The notes beneath the pieces were generated by a model. It was not told the DNA's origin. It made no database searches and saw only the letters and a list, made by a program, of their open reading frames with translations. From positions 1-64,000 of IMG/VR virus record IMGVR_UViG_3300047443_000115: 64,000 nucleotides of DNA, one strand, 5' to 3'. Made by a program: the position numbers and the translations under genes. How positions within the stretch are numbered: position 1 is the stretch's first letter; each line of letters begins with the position of its first letter. Origin of the DNA: a virus. Shown here piece by piece: positions 1 to 8,316 of the stretch.

Positions 1-44
1 CGGGCCGCCTCCCAGCGTACTCAGGGAGGCGGCCCGGCCGCGTC

Positions 45-284
45 TTACTTCTTGCTGACTTCACCCACGTGGCCCGGCACATACTCCTGCCCGGTCTCCT
101 CGGCGTGGCGCTTCCGCTCGCCCTCTATGGCGAGCACGCAGCCGCGGCAGGCGCGCGCGTCGTACCGGACGCCGGCGGGAGTGTCGATCTGCTTGACGCT
201 GGCCGTGTCGACGCCGGTCTGCGCGCATCGGAAGCAGTCACCTGGCGCCCATTCGTAGAGGGCGAGGAGTTCGGGGTCGTCCAT
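45..284 (-). CDS. Small Cys-rich hypothetical protein
   Basis: MDDPELL... start with AGGAGAGG RBS; CxxC...CxxC motifs. Confidence 0.6.
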   Translation of the reverse strand: MDDPELLALYEWAPGDCFRCAQTGVDTASVKQIDTPAGVRYDARACRGCVLAIEGERKRHAEETGQEYVPGHVGEVSKK

Positions 285-604
285 GGAGCCTCTCCTTGTG
301 GGCGGGCCGGGTGATGGCGGGTGCGCGATCATCATGCTTAACGAGAAGCCCAGGCCAAAGGTCATTCACTCGTTCGAGTGAACATGTGTGCGATTTCAGC
401 GCAGCATCTCAAGCCTCGGGGCGTAACCCCGAGGCGAGACGTGTGTGCGACAGGCGGGACCACCCGAGTGCCCAGCACCGGGCAGATGTATGCACCACGG
501 GTGAACGTTTCCCCTGTCGTTTGTGCCGCAACCTTCGAGTGGGATCACAAAAGGCCGCATGAAAGCTGCTCCCATATGATCATCCGGGTCACAGCGTTTG
601 TCGA

Positions 605-847
605 GTGCCAGATCCTCAACCCGCCTGGGTGCTCGACCACCGGCGGGCCACCGCCGCCCGTATCGTGCAGCTCCGCAAGGCCGCCAAGATCACCCAGCAA
701 GGCCTCATCGACGCCACCGGGCTGCAGCGCAGCACCATCCAGCGCATCGAATACGGAGGCGTCGACCCGCGGCTCAGCACTCTTGCCCGCATCGCGCAGG
801 CCATCGGGGTGCCCGTCGCCGACCTCATCGCCGACCTCCCGGAGTAG
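605..847 (+). CDS. XRE-family HTH transcriptional regulator
   Basis: LRKAAKITQQGLIDATGLQRSTIQRIEYGGVDPRLSTLARIAQAIGV is a typical HTH_3 sequence. Confidence 0.9.
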   Translation: MPDPQPAWVLDHRRATAARIVQLRKAAKITQQGLIDATGLQRSTIQRIEYGGVDPRLSTLARIAQAIGVPVADLIADLPE

Positions 848-1021
848 CTGCCGTGCCGGCGTGGCACGAGCAGCGGCACGACGCAGCCGCCAGCAGCACC
901 CCGTGGGCACCGGGCAGCGGCACATCCTTCGCGCTGCGGCAGTAGCGGTGGAGTTCGGCGGTGTTGCGGTCGGCGGCCATGCTGCACTCGGCGGACAGCG
1001 GCACTGGCGCCGCGGGGGCGG

Positions 1022-1450
1022 TCACGGGCCGGGCCTGTGGAGCGCGGCGGCCGTACCGGGCCGGATCGGCTCCCGGTCGTCGTGGCCGTCCGCTGTGGCT
1101 GTCCAGCCGCCGGCGTCCTTGACTCTGTCGAGGAGCTTGGTGCGGGCTTCGGGGTCGCGGGAGAGCCGGTCCCAGTCATGGATGAGGCACACCCGGCCGC
1201 CGGTGTGGCTGGCGACGGTGTTGCACAGGGCGTCGAGGGCGGGCCTGGACGTGTCGGACAGGGCGTCGTCGTCGGTGTCGACGAACCAGCCGCCTATCGG
1301 CCAGCCCTGCCGTGCGGCGTAGGCCTTCACGCGGGTGAGGCGGTCATCGAGGACCAGGGTGGTTTTGGTGGCGTGCCGGTCGTAGATGAACGCGAGTGGC
1401 GGCGGGCCGGCTGCTGTTCGGGGGCCCGGTACGTCCGTAGCATCGTCCAT
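1022..1450 (-). CDS. Serine-recombinase/resolvase catalytic-domain-only protein (no DNA-binding domain)
   Basis: AFIYDR...RPALDAL...CLIHDWDRLSRD resolvase motifs; the YxRVS serine is replaced (YDRHA). Confidence 0.7.
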   Translation of the reverse strand: MDDATDVPGPRTAAGPPPLAFIYDRHATKTTLVLDDRLTRVKAYAARQGWPIGGWFVDTDDDALSDTSRPALDALCNTVASHTGGRVCLIHDWDRLSRDPEARTKLLDRVKDAGGWTATADGHDDREPIRPGTAAALHRPGP

Positions 1451-1591
1451 GTCGAGGCTCCTCCGAAGCGTCGGCCATGCCCCCGGGGCCGTGTCGCGCG
1501 GTCGCCGGGGGTTTTGCTGGAGTTTGAGCGTAGCGCGCTATAGCTCGCCTGGCGCACTATCGGTCGCCTTAGCAGATCATGGCTGCCTACG

Positions 1592-1852
1592 GTGCGCCGT
1601 ATGGAGATGGAGTTCGCGGGCAATCGCCCCAGGTGGCGGCAGGTCCACGAAGTCATCGAAGGGCGTATCCGGTCGGGGCAGTACCCGTCGGGCGCGCGCG
1701 TGCCGTCACTCGTTCAGATTCAGTCCGAGTTCGGGATCGCCAACGTGACGGCCCAGAAGGTGCTGCGGCAGCTGCGGGCGGACGGCCTCATCTACACGGA
1801 GCAGGGCATGGGCTCGTTCGTCGCGGAGACGCTGCCGCCGGCCGAGGGCTGA
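1592..1852 (+). CDS. GntR-family winged-HTH regulator (wHTH only)
   Basis: IRSGQYPSGARVPSLVQIQSEFGIANVTAQKVLRQLRADGLIYTEQGMGSFV. Confidence 0.9.
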   Translation: MRRMEMEFAGNRPRWRQVHEVIEGRIRSGQYPSGARVPSLVQIQSEFGIANVTAQKVLRQLRADGLIYTEQGMGSFVAETLPPAEG

Positions 1853-1894
1853 CACGTTCACCCCGCTGTCGCTGCCGCGCTCTAAGCTTGATCC

Positions 1895-2092
1895 ATGCCC
1901 CCCACCCCCGCCGCACCCTCTCCTGGCGCGCGCTCGTCCGCCGAGGTCAACGCGCGGATCCGGGCTCTGTTCCGCCCGCGCTGGGGTCGCGGTCTGACCG
2001 CGGAGGAGCGCGGGGAGTACGAGCGGCTACTCGCGGAGTGGAAGGCGGCCGTGCGGGCCGAGGGGCAGGGCGGGTACGGGCGGGCCGCGTAG
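1895..2092 (+). CDS. Hypothetical protein
   Basis: Short ORF (RSSAEVNARIRAL...) in tandem with neighbours. Confidence 0.6.
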   Translation: MPPTPAAPSPGARSSAEVNARIRALFRPRWGRGLTAEERGEYERLLAEWKAAVRAEGQGGYGRAA

Positions 2093-2095
2093 CCT

Positions 2096-2416
2096 GTGGT
2101 CATGGATGAGAAGCCACTCCGGGCCGGGATGATCCGGTGCGTGTTCGTCGGTGGCCCGCTCGATGGTAAGACGACCGATGTGGACGCCTACCTGTCGTGG
2201 CAGACGCCGCCGGAGTCGATTACCGCAGCCCACCCGCTGGAGTCGCCCGGCGTTGAGCACCTGTACGTCAGGGACGGTGAGGTGGAGGACCGACCGGGCG
2301 TTGGCCGTCATCTGCTGATGCGGCACGACGGCGAGCGCCCGAAGCCGCCAGCGGGTAACTCCCACGACCGTGCGGCACGGCGATCAGTTGCAGCCGGGTG
2401 GGGCGTCAGCGGGTAG
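2096..2416 (+). CDS. Hypothetical protein
   Basis: FVGGPLDG motif common in small phage proteins. Confidence 0.55.
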   Translation: MVMDEKPLRAGMIRCVFVGGPLDGKTTDVDAYLSWQTPPESITAAHPLESPGVEHLYVRDGEVEDRPGVGRHLLMRHDGERPKPPAGNSHDRAARRSVAAGWGVSG

Positions 2417-2464
2417 CGACGGTCCCCGACGGTCGCTGTCAGACCCGTCGCCTACGCTCCCGCC

Positions 2465-2725
2465 ATGAGCATCGACATCCCTCCCGCCCTGGCCGACCTG
2501 CAGCGCACCGCGACGGCCGCGTTCGAGGCGATCAGCGCCTACGAGGACCGGGTGGGCAAGCCAGCGTTGGAGTGGTCGGATGAGGAGCGGGCCCACCTCG
2601 GTGAGCTGTGGGTGGTCACGAACGCGGCGGCCGACGCCCTGCGTGACGCGGTGGTGGCGTCCGGGCTGGAGGCGGACAGCTACGCGTTCCGGCGGGCGCT
2701 GCACGAGGCGGCGCGGGACGAGTAG
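2465..2725 (+). CDS. Hypothetical protein
   Basis: Helical ORF with coding-like codon usage. Confidence 0.65.
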   Translation: MSIDIPPALADLQRTATAAFEAISAYEDRVGKPALEWSDEERAHLGELWVVTNAAADALRDAVVASGLEADSYAFRRALHEAARDE

Positions 2726-2726
2726 G

Positions 2727-2993
2727 TCAGCGTTCGGGCTGCGACGCGATGGCAGGCGGCGTCATCGCTACCGCAAGTGACTGCCGCAGTTTGGCCATCG
2801 CCTCGGGCGACGGCGGCGCGAACCGGACACCGGCGAGCGGTGCCACGCTGATCGCACGCATAGCGTCGAGCATGTTGCGCATCACCCACGCCGCGGCTGG
2901 GGGCAGCGTCACCGTAGGGATGGTGTCTGGCTGCTCGTGGCGGTCGAGTTGATGCAGGGCGCGGTCGGCGCGCGGGTACGGGCGGTACGTCAC
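2727..2993 (-). CDS. Hypothetical protein
   Basis: GTG start with GGAGG RBS (VTYRPYPRADRA...). Confidence 0.55.
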   Translation of the reverse strand: MTYRPYPRADRALHQLDRHEQPDTIPTVTLPPAAAWVMRNMLDAMRAISVAPLAGVRFAPPSPEAMAKLRQSLAVAMTPPAIASQPER

Positions 2994-3009
2994 AGCGTCC
3001 TCCGCCCGC

Positions 3010-3180
3010 TCAACGGCTGAACGACTGGAACGCCGCCCGCTCCACGCGCCCGGCACTCGCCGCGTCGGGCATGATGCGCGCCAGGGCGGGTGACGCGGCG
3101 GCGCTGCCCCGGGAGGCCAGTTCCGCGAGGGTGATACGGCGGCGGGTCTGGGGTGCGGCGGCCAGGTGGGTGTGGTCCAT
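3010..3180 (-). CDS. FxSxx-COOH-like small peptide, 56 aa (not in the ORF track)
   Basis: Hand translation: MDHTHLAAAPQTRRRITLAELASRGSAAASPALARIMPDAASAGRVERAAFQSFSR*; GGAGGAG RBS. Confidence 0.65.
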   Translation of the reverse strand: MDHTHLAAAPQTRRRITLAELASRGSAAASPALARIMPDAASAGRVERAAFQSFSR

Positions 3181-3283
3181 GGGGGCTCCTCCGTGGGGGC
3201 GGCCTCGACTCGACGGGGGCGCGAGCCGAGGCCTGAAGTGAGGGTAGCGCGACAGGGGGAAGCCCCCGGCCGAATCGGCGCGG

Positions 3284-3470
3284 GGGCTGCATCCCCGTGG
3301 GTACGGGGCAGAGGTTGCGACCGAGATGTCTCCCGGTCCATCCCCACGTTGGTGGGGAACATCCGGTCTGCTTGCAGTCGATGGCGGTGGTGCCGCTCCG
3401 ACATGAGCCAGTCTCGCTGGCCTGCGAGTCGACCGGTGGTGCGTGCCATCCCCGCCGCAGCGGGGTTGAG
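3284..3470 (-). CRISPR. Three solitary, mutually divergent type I-E CRISPR-repeat-like units (no cas genes)
   Basis: Minus strand: CTCAACCCCGCTGCGGCGGGGATGGCACGC (3441-3470), ATGTTCCCCACCAACGTGGGGATGGACCG (3334-3362), CTCTGCCCCGTACCCACGGGGATGCAGCCC (3284-3313); each has a 6-bp stem, 4-nt loop and ATG tail. Confidence 0.7.
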
Positions 3471-3503
3471 TACCAATGTGCCATACGGGGCCGACATTGG
3501 TGT

Positions 3504-3893
3504 CTAGAACGCGGCGAGTCCAGCGGTCTCGTCTTCCCAGCGCTCTGCGGCGGCCTGGCGGTCCGAGTACAGGCGGCGCCAGCCGCGCTCAACCGCTGGG
3601 GCGCCGGGCACGCCGTCCGGGTGGAGCGATGTGCGTCGGACCTCGTAGACCGTGATGGCGAGGCTGGCGGCGCGCATCTCCCGGAGGCTGAAGGAGAGGC
3701 GCGCGGTGTCGCCGCTTCGAGTGAGGGTCTCTTCGGCCTTGGTGCGCACGAGACCCTGTCGGAGGTCGCCGTGCATGGCGGCTTCCCGGATGGCCTTCTC
3801 GGTGTCGGGGTCAAGGCCCTTGCGGTCGGCGCCGCTAAGCCACTGGGGGATGTCGGCGATGTGAGCAGTGCCGATGGGAACGGCGGGCTGCAT
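3504..3893 (-). CDS. Hypothetical protein (anti-defence candidate)
   Basis: MQPAVPIG start with GAGGAG RBS; between the HTH gene and the repeat mimics. Confidence 0.65.
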   Translation of the reverse strand: MQPAVPIGTAHIADIPQWLSGADRKGLDPDTEKAIREAAMHGDLRQGLVRTKAEETLTRSGDTARLSFSLREMRAASLAITVYEVRRTSLHPDGVPGAPAVERGWRRLYSDRQAAAERWEDETAGLAAF

Positions 3894-3997
3894 GCGGGTC
3901 TCCTCGTGTCGTGCCGGGCGGGTGCGCGGCAGGGTCAGGGGGTGGGGTTGACGATGGCGACGGAGTAGCGGGGGTGGCTCTCCGGCCGCCTGTAAGG

Positions 3998-4360
3998 TCA
4001 GCGCTTGCCGAGCCACCTGCGGACGGCCATCCGGTCGACCCCTGCCTGCTGCGCGAACCCAGCTTCGGTGGCGTCGCCGTTGTTGATCCGGGTGACGCCG
4101 ATCTGTCGCAGGGCGACGAGAGCCTTGCGCTCGGCCGCGCGGGCGTTGACGCGCTCACTGGCGAGTTCGGCGATGAGGTCTTCCGGGGCCTCGACCATGA
4201 GGCGGTAGGCAGCGGTGAGAGCGGCCTCGCGGTCGTCGCGGTCGTCCTCGTCGGGGTACTGCTCTTCGATGTCACCGGCGGTGCGGAGGAGTTCGGCGAT
4301 CTGGTCGTCGTCGAGTCCGTGGTCGTTTCCGAGCCAGGCTTCAAGTTCGTAGAGCTGCAT
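3998..4360 (-). CDS. Small acidic protein with C-terminal HTH (Aca-like candidate)
   Basis: TEAGFAQQAGVDRMAVRRWLGK HTH; operator pair directly upstream. Confidence 0.75.
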   Translation of the reverse strand: MQLYELEAWLGNDHGLDDDQIAELLRTAGDIEEQYPDEDDRDDREAALTAAYRLMVEAPEDLIAELASERVNARAAERKALVALRQIGVTRINNGDATEAGFAQQAGVDRMAVRRWLGKR

Positions 4361-4393
4361 GACGGTCCCTTCCCGAAGCGCCCCTCGCTCCAT

Positions 4394-4434
4394 CTGTAGA
4401 CCAGACTACAGGCGGGGTGTAGTGCTGTCTACAG
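4394..4434 (-). promoter_or_regulatory. Promoter (-35 TAGACA, 17 bp, -10 TAGTCT) overlapped by two TGTAG-N6-CTACA operators
   Basis: TGTAGaccagaCTACA at 4395-4410 and TGTAGtgctgtCTACA at 4418-4433. Confidence 0.65.
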
Positions 4435-4461
4435 GCTTGCGGTAGTCGTACGCTCGAACGC

Positions 4462-4854
4462 GTGAGCGAACAACCACCCCCGCGCGTCACCGTCACCCTC
4501 CCCGACGGCACGGCCCTCGACGGACGACTCCACGCGCGACGACAGCGGCCCGACGGGACCTGGTGGTACGAGGTCACGGTTGAGGTACCTGTTGGGGCCG
4601 TCACGCCGGTCCGCGGGGAGGAGTACGGCGGGGTGCCCACCGAGCGGGAGCAGGTCGAGGTGCGGTACGTGGTCGACAACGGACTGCCACCGGTCGACGG
4701 ACGGCCACGGCTCGAACTCCACATCGCCGGATGCTGGTCCATCAACCAGAGACCCGGAGTCATCGTCACAGCCATCCCAGACGCGCGGGAGGCACGGATG
4801 ATGCTGCGGTTCGAGGACACCGTGGCTTGTGGGGTGTGTAAACCGGAGCCGTAG
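4462..4854 (+). CDS. DUF6233-like protein
   Basis: WWYEV...GEEYGGVPT...LHIAGCW...ACGVCKP pattern. Confidence 0.7.
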   Translation: MSEQPPPRVTVTLPDGTALDGRLHARRQRPDGTWWYEVTVEVPVGAVTPVRGEEYGGVPTEREQVEVRYVVDNGLPPVDGRPRLELHIAGCWSINQRPGVIVTAIPDAREARMMLRFEDTVACGVCKPEP

Positions 4855-4865
4855 GGGCACGTAGT

Positions 4866-4895
4866 ACTACAGAATAATGACCGTTATCCTGTAGT
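4866..4895. other. dif-like tyrosine-recombinase crossover site
   Basis: ACTACAGAATAA-tgaccg-TTATCCTGTAGT: 12-bp arms (one mismatch), 6-bp spacer, ATAA/TTAT inner ends, 1 bp before the recombinase ATG. Confidence 0.65.
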
Positions 4896-4896
4896 C

Positions 4897-5943
4897 ATGA
4901 GTCTGCTTCCGGAACCCGTCACCGCAGCACCCAGTGAGCTTGAGTCCGCACCCGCTGCGGCGGTGAAGCTGCGCGGCACACCTCCCGCCGCGTCACCGGC
5001 CGCGCTCGCCGCCCTGCTCCGTGACGCCGGCGCCGCGCCCGGCATCCTCGAAGCAACTGAGGCGTGGATGAACAAGCGCGAGTCCGAGCACTCCCGCATC
5101 GCCTACGCCAAGGACGCGTCCTGGTGGCTCGCCTGGTGCGCCGCATCCCAGACCGACCCGGCCGCCGCGCGCGCGGTCCACACCGACCAGTACGCCGCCG
5201 CCCTGCGCGAGTCCGGTCTCGCCAAGTCCACCCGGGCCCGCCGCCTCGCCGCCGCCTCATCCTGGTACGCCTACCTGGTGCGCGCCGAGGTCGCAGAGCG
5301 GAACCCATTCGCCGGTATGGACCGTCCGTCGGTGTCCGCCGACGACTCGCCCACCCGGGGCATGACGCCCGCCCAGTTGGCCAAGTTGCTGACCTACGCC
5401 CGCGAACACGAAACCGCGCGCACCTACGCCCTGCTCGTCACCCTCGCCACCACAGCCGGGCGCATCGGCTCAATCCTCGCCGCACCCGTGGCGGCCGTCG
5501 GGCATGACGAGGGGCACCGCGTCATCGACCTGGTGGTGAAGGGCAACCACGCCAAGCGAGTCGTCCTCGTCCCCCTCGCCGTCGCCGCCATCGAGACGTA
5601 CCTCGCTGAGCGCGGCAAGGCCGACCCCGAGGCGCCACTGTTCGCGACGAGCACCGGCCGGCCGATGGATGAGCCCGCCGCGTTCCGTACCGTGCGGCGG
5701 GTGGCGAAGGCCGCGGGTATTCCGCACGCTGACGCCATTTCTCCCCACTCGCTGCGCCACTCCTACGCCACGGCACTGCTCAGCAAGGGCGTGCCGCTCG
5801 CCGACGTACAGGACGCCATGGGACACGCGGACCCGCGGACCACTCGACGCTACGACCGCGCGGCGGGTGCCCTGCACCGATCGCCTTCGTACCGGATGGC
5901 GGAGGAGTTGGCGAAGGCCATGCACGCACCGCCAGGTCCATAG
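4897..5943 (+). CDS. Tyrosine recombinase, XerC/D-like
   Basis: TTAGR, VKG, SPHSLRHSYAT, MGHADPRTTRRY catalytic motifs; N-terminal core-binding domain, no arm-binding domain. Confidence 0.93.
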   Translation: MSLLPEPVTAAPSELESAPAAAVKLRGTPPAASPAALAALLRDAGAAPGILEATEAWMNKRESEHSRIAYAKDASWWLAWCAASQTDPAAARAVHTDQYAAALRESGLAKSTRARRLAAASSWYAYLVRAEVAERNPFAGMDRPSVSADDSPTRGMTPAQLAKLLTYAREHETARTYALLVTLATTAGRIGSILAAPVAAVGHDEGHRVIDLVVKGNHAKRVVLVPLAVAAIETYLAERGKADPEAPLFATSTGRPMDEPAAFRTVRRVAKAAGIPHADAISPHSLRHSYATALLSKGVPLADVQDAMGHADPRTTRRYDRAAGALHRSPSYRMAEELAKAMHAPPGP

Positions 5944-6454
5944 CGCCTACGGGGCGCCCTCGACAGCAGAACGCCCCCACCGAAGCGGGGGCGGACGCGG
6001 GCGGCCACCGTTGGCGCGGCAACCGCGTGGGCACTCAGCCCGAGATGACCCGAGGACAGGGTACCGCCCGCCTACGACAAAACCCCGCCCACGAGGGACG
6101 GGGTGAGTTGGTGCCAGCCCGGGGTTCAACCCCTCCCGGGAGCACGGGTTCGCGCGGGCCAGCGGGGACCATCCGGCGATCAACCGGGCGGTGCTCCATC
6201 CGCATCAGCGTACTGCCGCCACATCCGTGTGGCCCCGCCCGGCTCTCCAGGTGAGGCCACACTCCGCGCTCCCCGTGGGTGGCTGCGCGTTCAGCCGTAT
6301 GGGTAGCGTGGCATGTGGGTCTGACAGTAGGTCTGATGTCTTCGTCGGACCGCCGCGGGGTCACGGGATGGTCACCACCACGGCGCGCGCGGGTGTTAAC
6401 CGGGTTCACAGCTGTACGGTCATGTCTCCATCTACCAGTCCTTGGGGGGACTTA

Positions 6455-7081
6455 ATGACTCAGCCGCCGCAATGGGGACAGCAGCCCGGCCAGCAACCGC
6501 AGTGGGGACAGTCCGCGCCGACCGTGACACTGCCGCCTGGCCCGCCCGGTCAGGGGCCGAGATGGGCGCGGAAGCGCATCGTGATCCCGGTTGCCGTCGG
6601 CCTGTTCTTCTTCGGTGTCATCATCGGCGCGGCAGGCGGCGGCGACAGTACGACCACCGCCAGTGCGAAGCCCGCACCGACCGTCACCGTCACCACGAAC
6701 ACCGTCACCAAAGTCAGCGCCGCGCCGGAGCCCGCGGTCACCGTGACGAAGACCGCCACCGCCAAGCCCGCGGCGAAGAAGACCACTGCGGCGCCTGCCG
6801 GGAAGGCCCTGTTCAAGGTGTGGGGATCGGCGCCGTCCGGGGTGGACACCACCTACGGCAGCGACGGCGAGAACATCGGCAGTCACAGCGTGTCGATGTC
6901 CAAGACCCTCACCGTCAAGGACGACGCCCTCTACTACCAGATCACCGCGCAGCTGCAGGGCGGCGGTGACATTCACTGCTCGGTCACCATCGACGGCAAG
7001 ACCAAGACCGGGCACGCCAGCGGCGGGTACAACATCTGCTCGGCACAGCTGAACGGCGACTTTGATGGCGGGTTCAGCTAG
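6455..7081 (+). CDS. Membrane-anchored surface protein with MmpS-like C-terminal domain (possible superinfection exclusion)
   Basis: P/Q-rich N-terminus, one TM helix, T/P-rich linker, ...GDIHCSVTIDGK...GYNICSAQ disulfide domain. Confidence 0.7.
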   Translation: MTQPPQWGQQPGQQPQWGQSAPTVTLPPGPPGQGPRWARKRIVIPVAVGLFFFGVIIGAAGGGDSTTTASAKPAPTVTVTTNTVTKVSAAPEPAVTVTKTATAKPAAKKTTAAPAGKALFKVWGSAPSGVDTTYGSDGENIGSHSVSMSKTLTVKDDALYYQITAQLQGGGDIHCSVTIDGKTKTGHASGGYNICSAQLNGDFDGGFS

Positions 7082-7096
7082 AGCCGGACATGATGA

Positions 7097-7130
7097 AGCG
7101 CCCCGCCCTCCCGAAGGAGAGCGGGGCGCT
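7097..7130. terminator. Intrinsic terminator between convergent genes
   Basis: AGCGCCCCGC...GCGGGGCGCT stem-loop. Confidence 0.65.
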
Positions 7131-7296
7131 GTTGCGTGCGATCGACTACGCGGTCTCCACGACGTCGTATCCGCTCAGCGGCGGCGCCGGCGGTTCGGGC
7201 GCAGCCACGGGCTGCTCGGGCAGCACGCCGAGGTCGACCATCGTTGTCGTGTCGCCCGCCGTCGGATCCGGGCGCGGGGTGACCGGGCGGGGCGGG

Positions 7297-8022
7297 TTAG
7301 ACGGCACGGTGGGCTCCGATCTTCCGGTAGGCGGCCGTCAGGGAAAGCGCACCCACCCCGAGCAGGCCATGGTTCGGCGACGGAGAATCCGTGGGGGCGG
7401 GGGTGTCGGTCGAGGTGTCCTCGCAGTCATACTGCGGGTCGTCGTCCGGCGAGTCCGCGGTGCGCGTGCACGTCACGTGGTGCGTGACCCCGGTGTCGTC
7501 CGTCCAGGGATAGGACCAGCCCGCCGGCGGGGAGCCGTCGGATCCGTCCCTGCCGTCGACCCCGGCCGGCCCGGGATCACCCTGGGCGCCGGCCGGACCC
7601 GGACTGCCAGCCACGCCGGGGGCCCCAGCATTCCCGGGAGCTCCCGATTCGCCGGGCGACGGGGTGATGGTCGGCGCCGGCTTACCCGAAGCCCCAGTGG
7701 GCCCGGGCGGACCCGGTGGTCCGGGGATCGGCACCGGCACCTCAGCGCGCGCCGACAGGGACGGCACGGCCTGGGTCGGATCGGGTGCGACTGGCGTGCC
7801 ACCCTTCGCCTTGACCTGCTGCCTGAGGGCGCGCACGTCCCCGGCGAGCGTGGAGACGGCGTTGCCGCGCAGGTCAGCTTCGGCGGCAAGGTCATCGGCG
7901 CGCCGGGACTCCGAACTGATCCACAGATAGCTCACGCCGACCGCGCCCGACAGGAACAACAGGACGGCAACCAGGGCGAACGACCGCCAGCGCCGGGCCA
8001 GGATCCGCTGCGTCCGCGTCAC
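7297..8022 (-). CDS. Collagen-like membrane protein (lysis cassette)
   Basis: N-terminal TM, coiled coil, G-X-Y repeats. Confidence 0.85.
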   Translation of the reverse strand: MTRTQRILARRWRSFALVAVLLFLSGAVGVSYLWISSESRRADDLAAEADLRGNAVSTLAGDVRALRQQVKAKGGTPVAPDPTQAVPSLSARAEVPVPIPGPPGPPGPTGASGKPAPTITPSPGESGAPGNAGAPGVAGSPGPAGAQGDPGPAGVDGRDGSDGSPPAGWSYPWTDDTGVTHHVTCTRTADSPDDDPQYDCEDTSTDTPAPTDSPSPNHGLLGVGALSLTAAYRKIGAHRAV

Positions 8023-8285
8023 GGCGCCCCCCTGAGCTGCTGCACCAGCAGCCTGAGGCGCGCGTTCTCCGCCTTCTCCGTGGCCAACTCCAGGCGCAAC
8101 GCGGCCACGTCGGAGCGCAACTCTTTGCGCTCCTCCTGGAGCTGGTCCGTGAGGCTGTTGAAGCCGTTCACCGCATTGCCCTCCCGCTGGGCCTTCCCCG
8201 CGACCTTCGAGCCGTACATGGCTGCCGCGCCGGCCACGGCGGCGCTTCCGAGGACGCCTAGAGTCGTGGCCATCGCGGCGTCCAT
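8019..8285 (-). CDS. Small membrane/coiled-coil lysis-cassette protein
   Basis: TM helix plus coiled coil; 4-bp overlap with the next gene. Confidence 0.75.
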   Translation of the reverse strand: MDAAMATTLGVLGSAAVAGAAAMYGSKVAGKAQREGNAVNGFNSLTDQLQEERKELRSDVAALRLELATEKAENARLRLLVQQLRGAP

Positions 8286-8316
8286 ACGCCCTCCGTGCCG
8301 CTTGCGTGGGGCAGGT

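Noticed and set aside
2930-2960. LHQLDRHE in a small protein, resembling the WFRLDRHD motif
   Set aside because: Only LDRH is shared, W-F-R is missing, and the protein is not in the head module; probably chance.
3284-3470. A conventional, active CRISPR array
   Set aside because: Repeats are non-identical, spacing is irregular, and there is no leader or cas gene; treated as repeat mimics instead.
4897-5943. The recombinase as prophage integrase marking an attL/attR boundary
   Set aside because: Phage-type genes continue on both sides, there is no adjacent tRNA or host gene, and the enzyme looks Xer-like.
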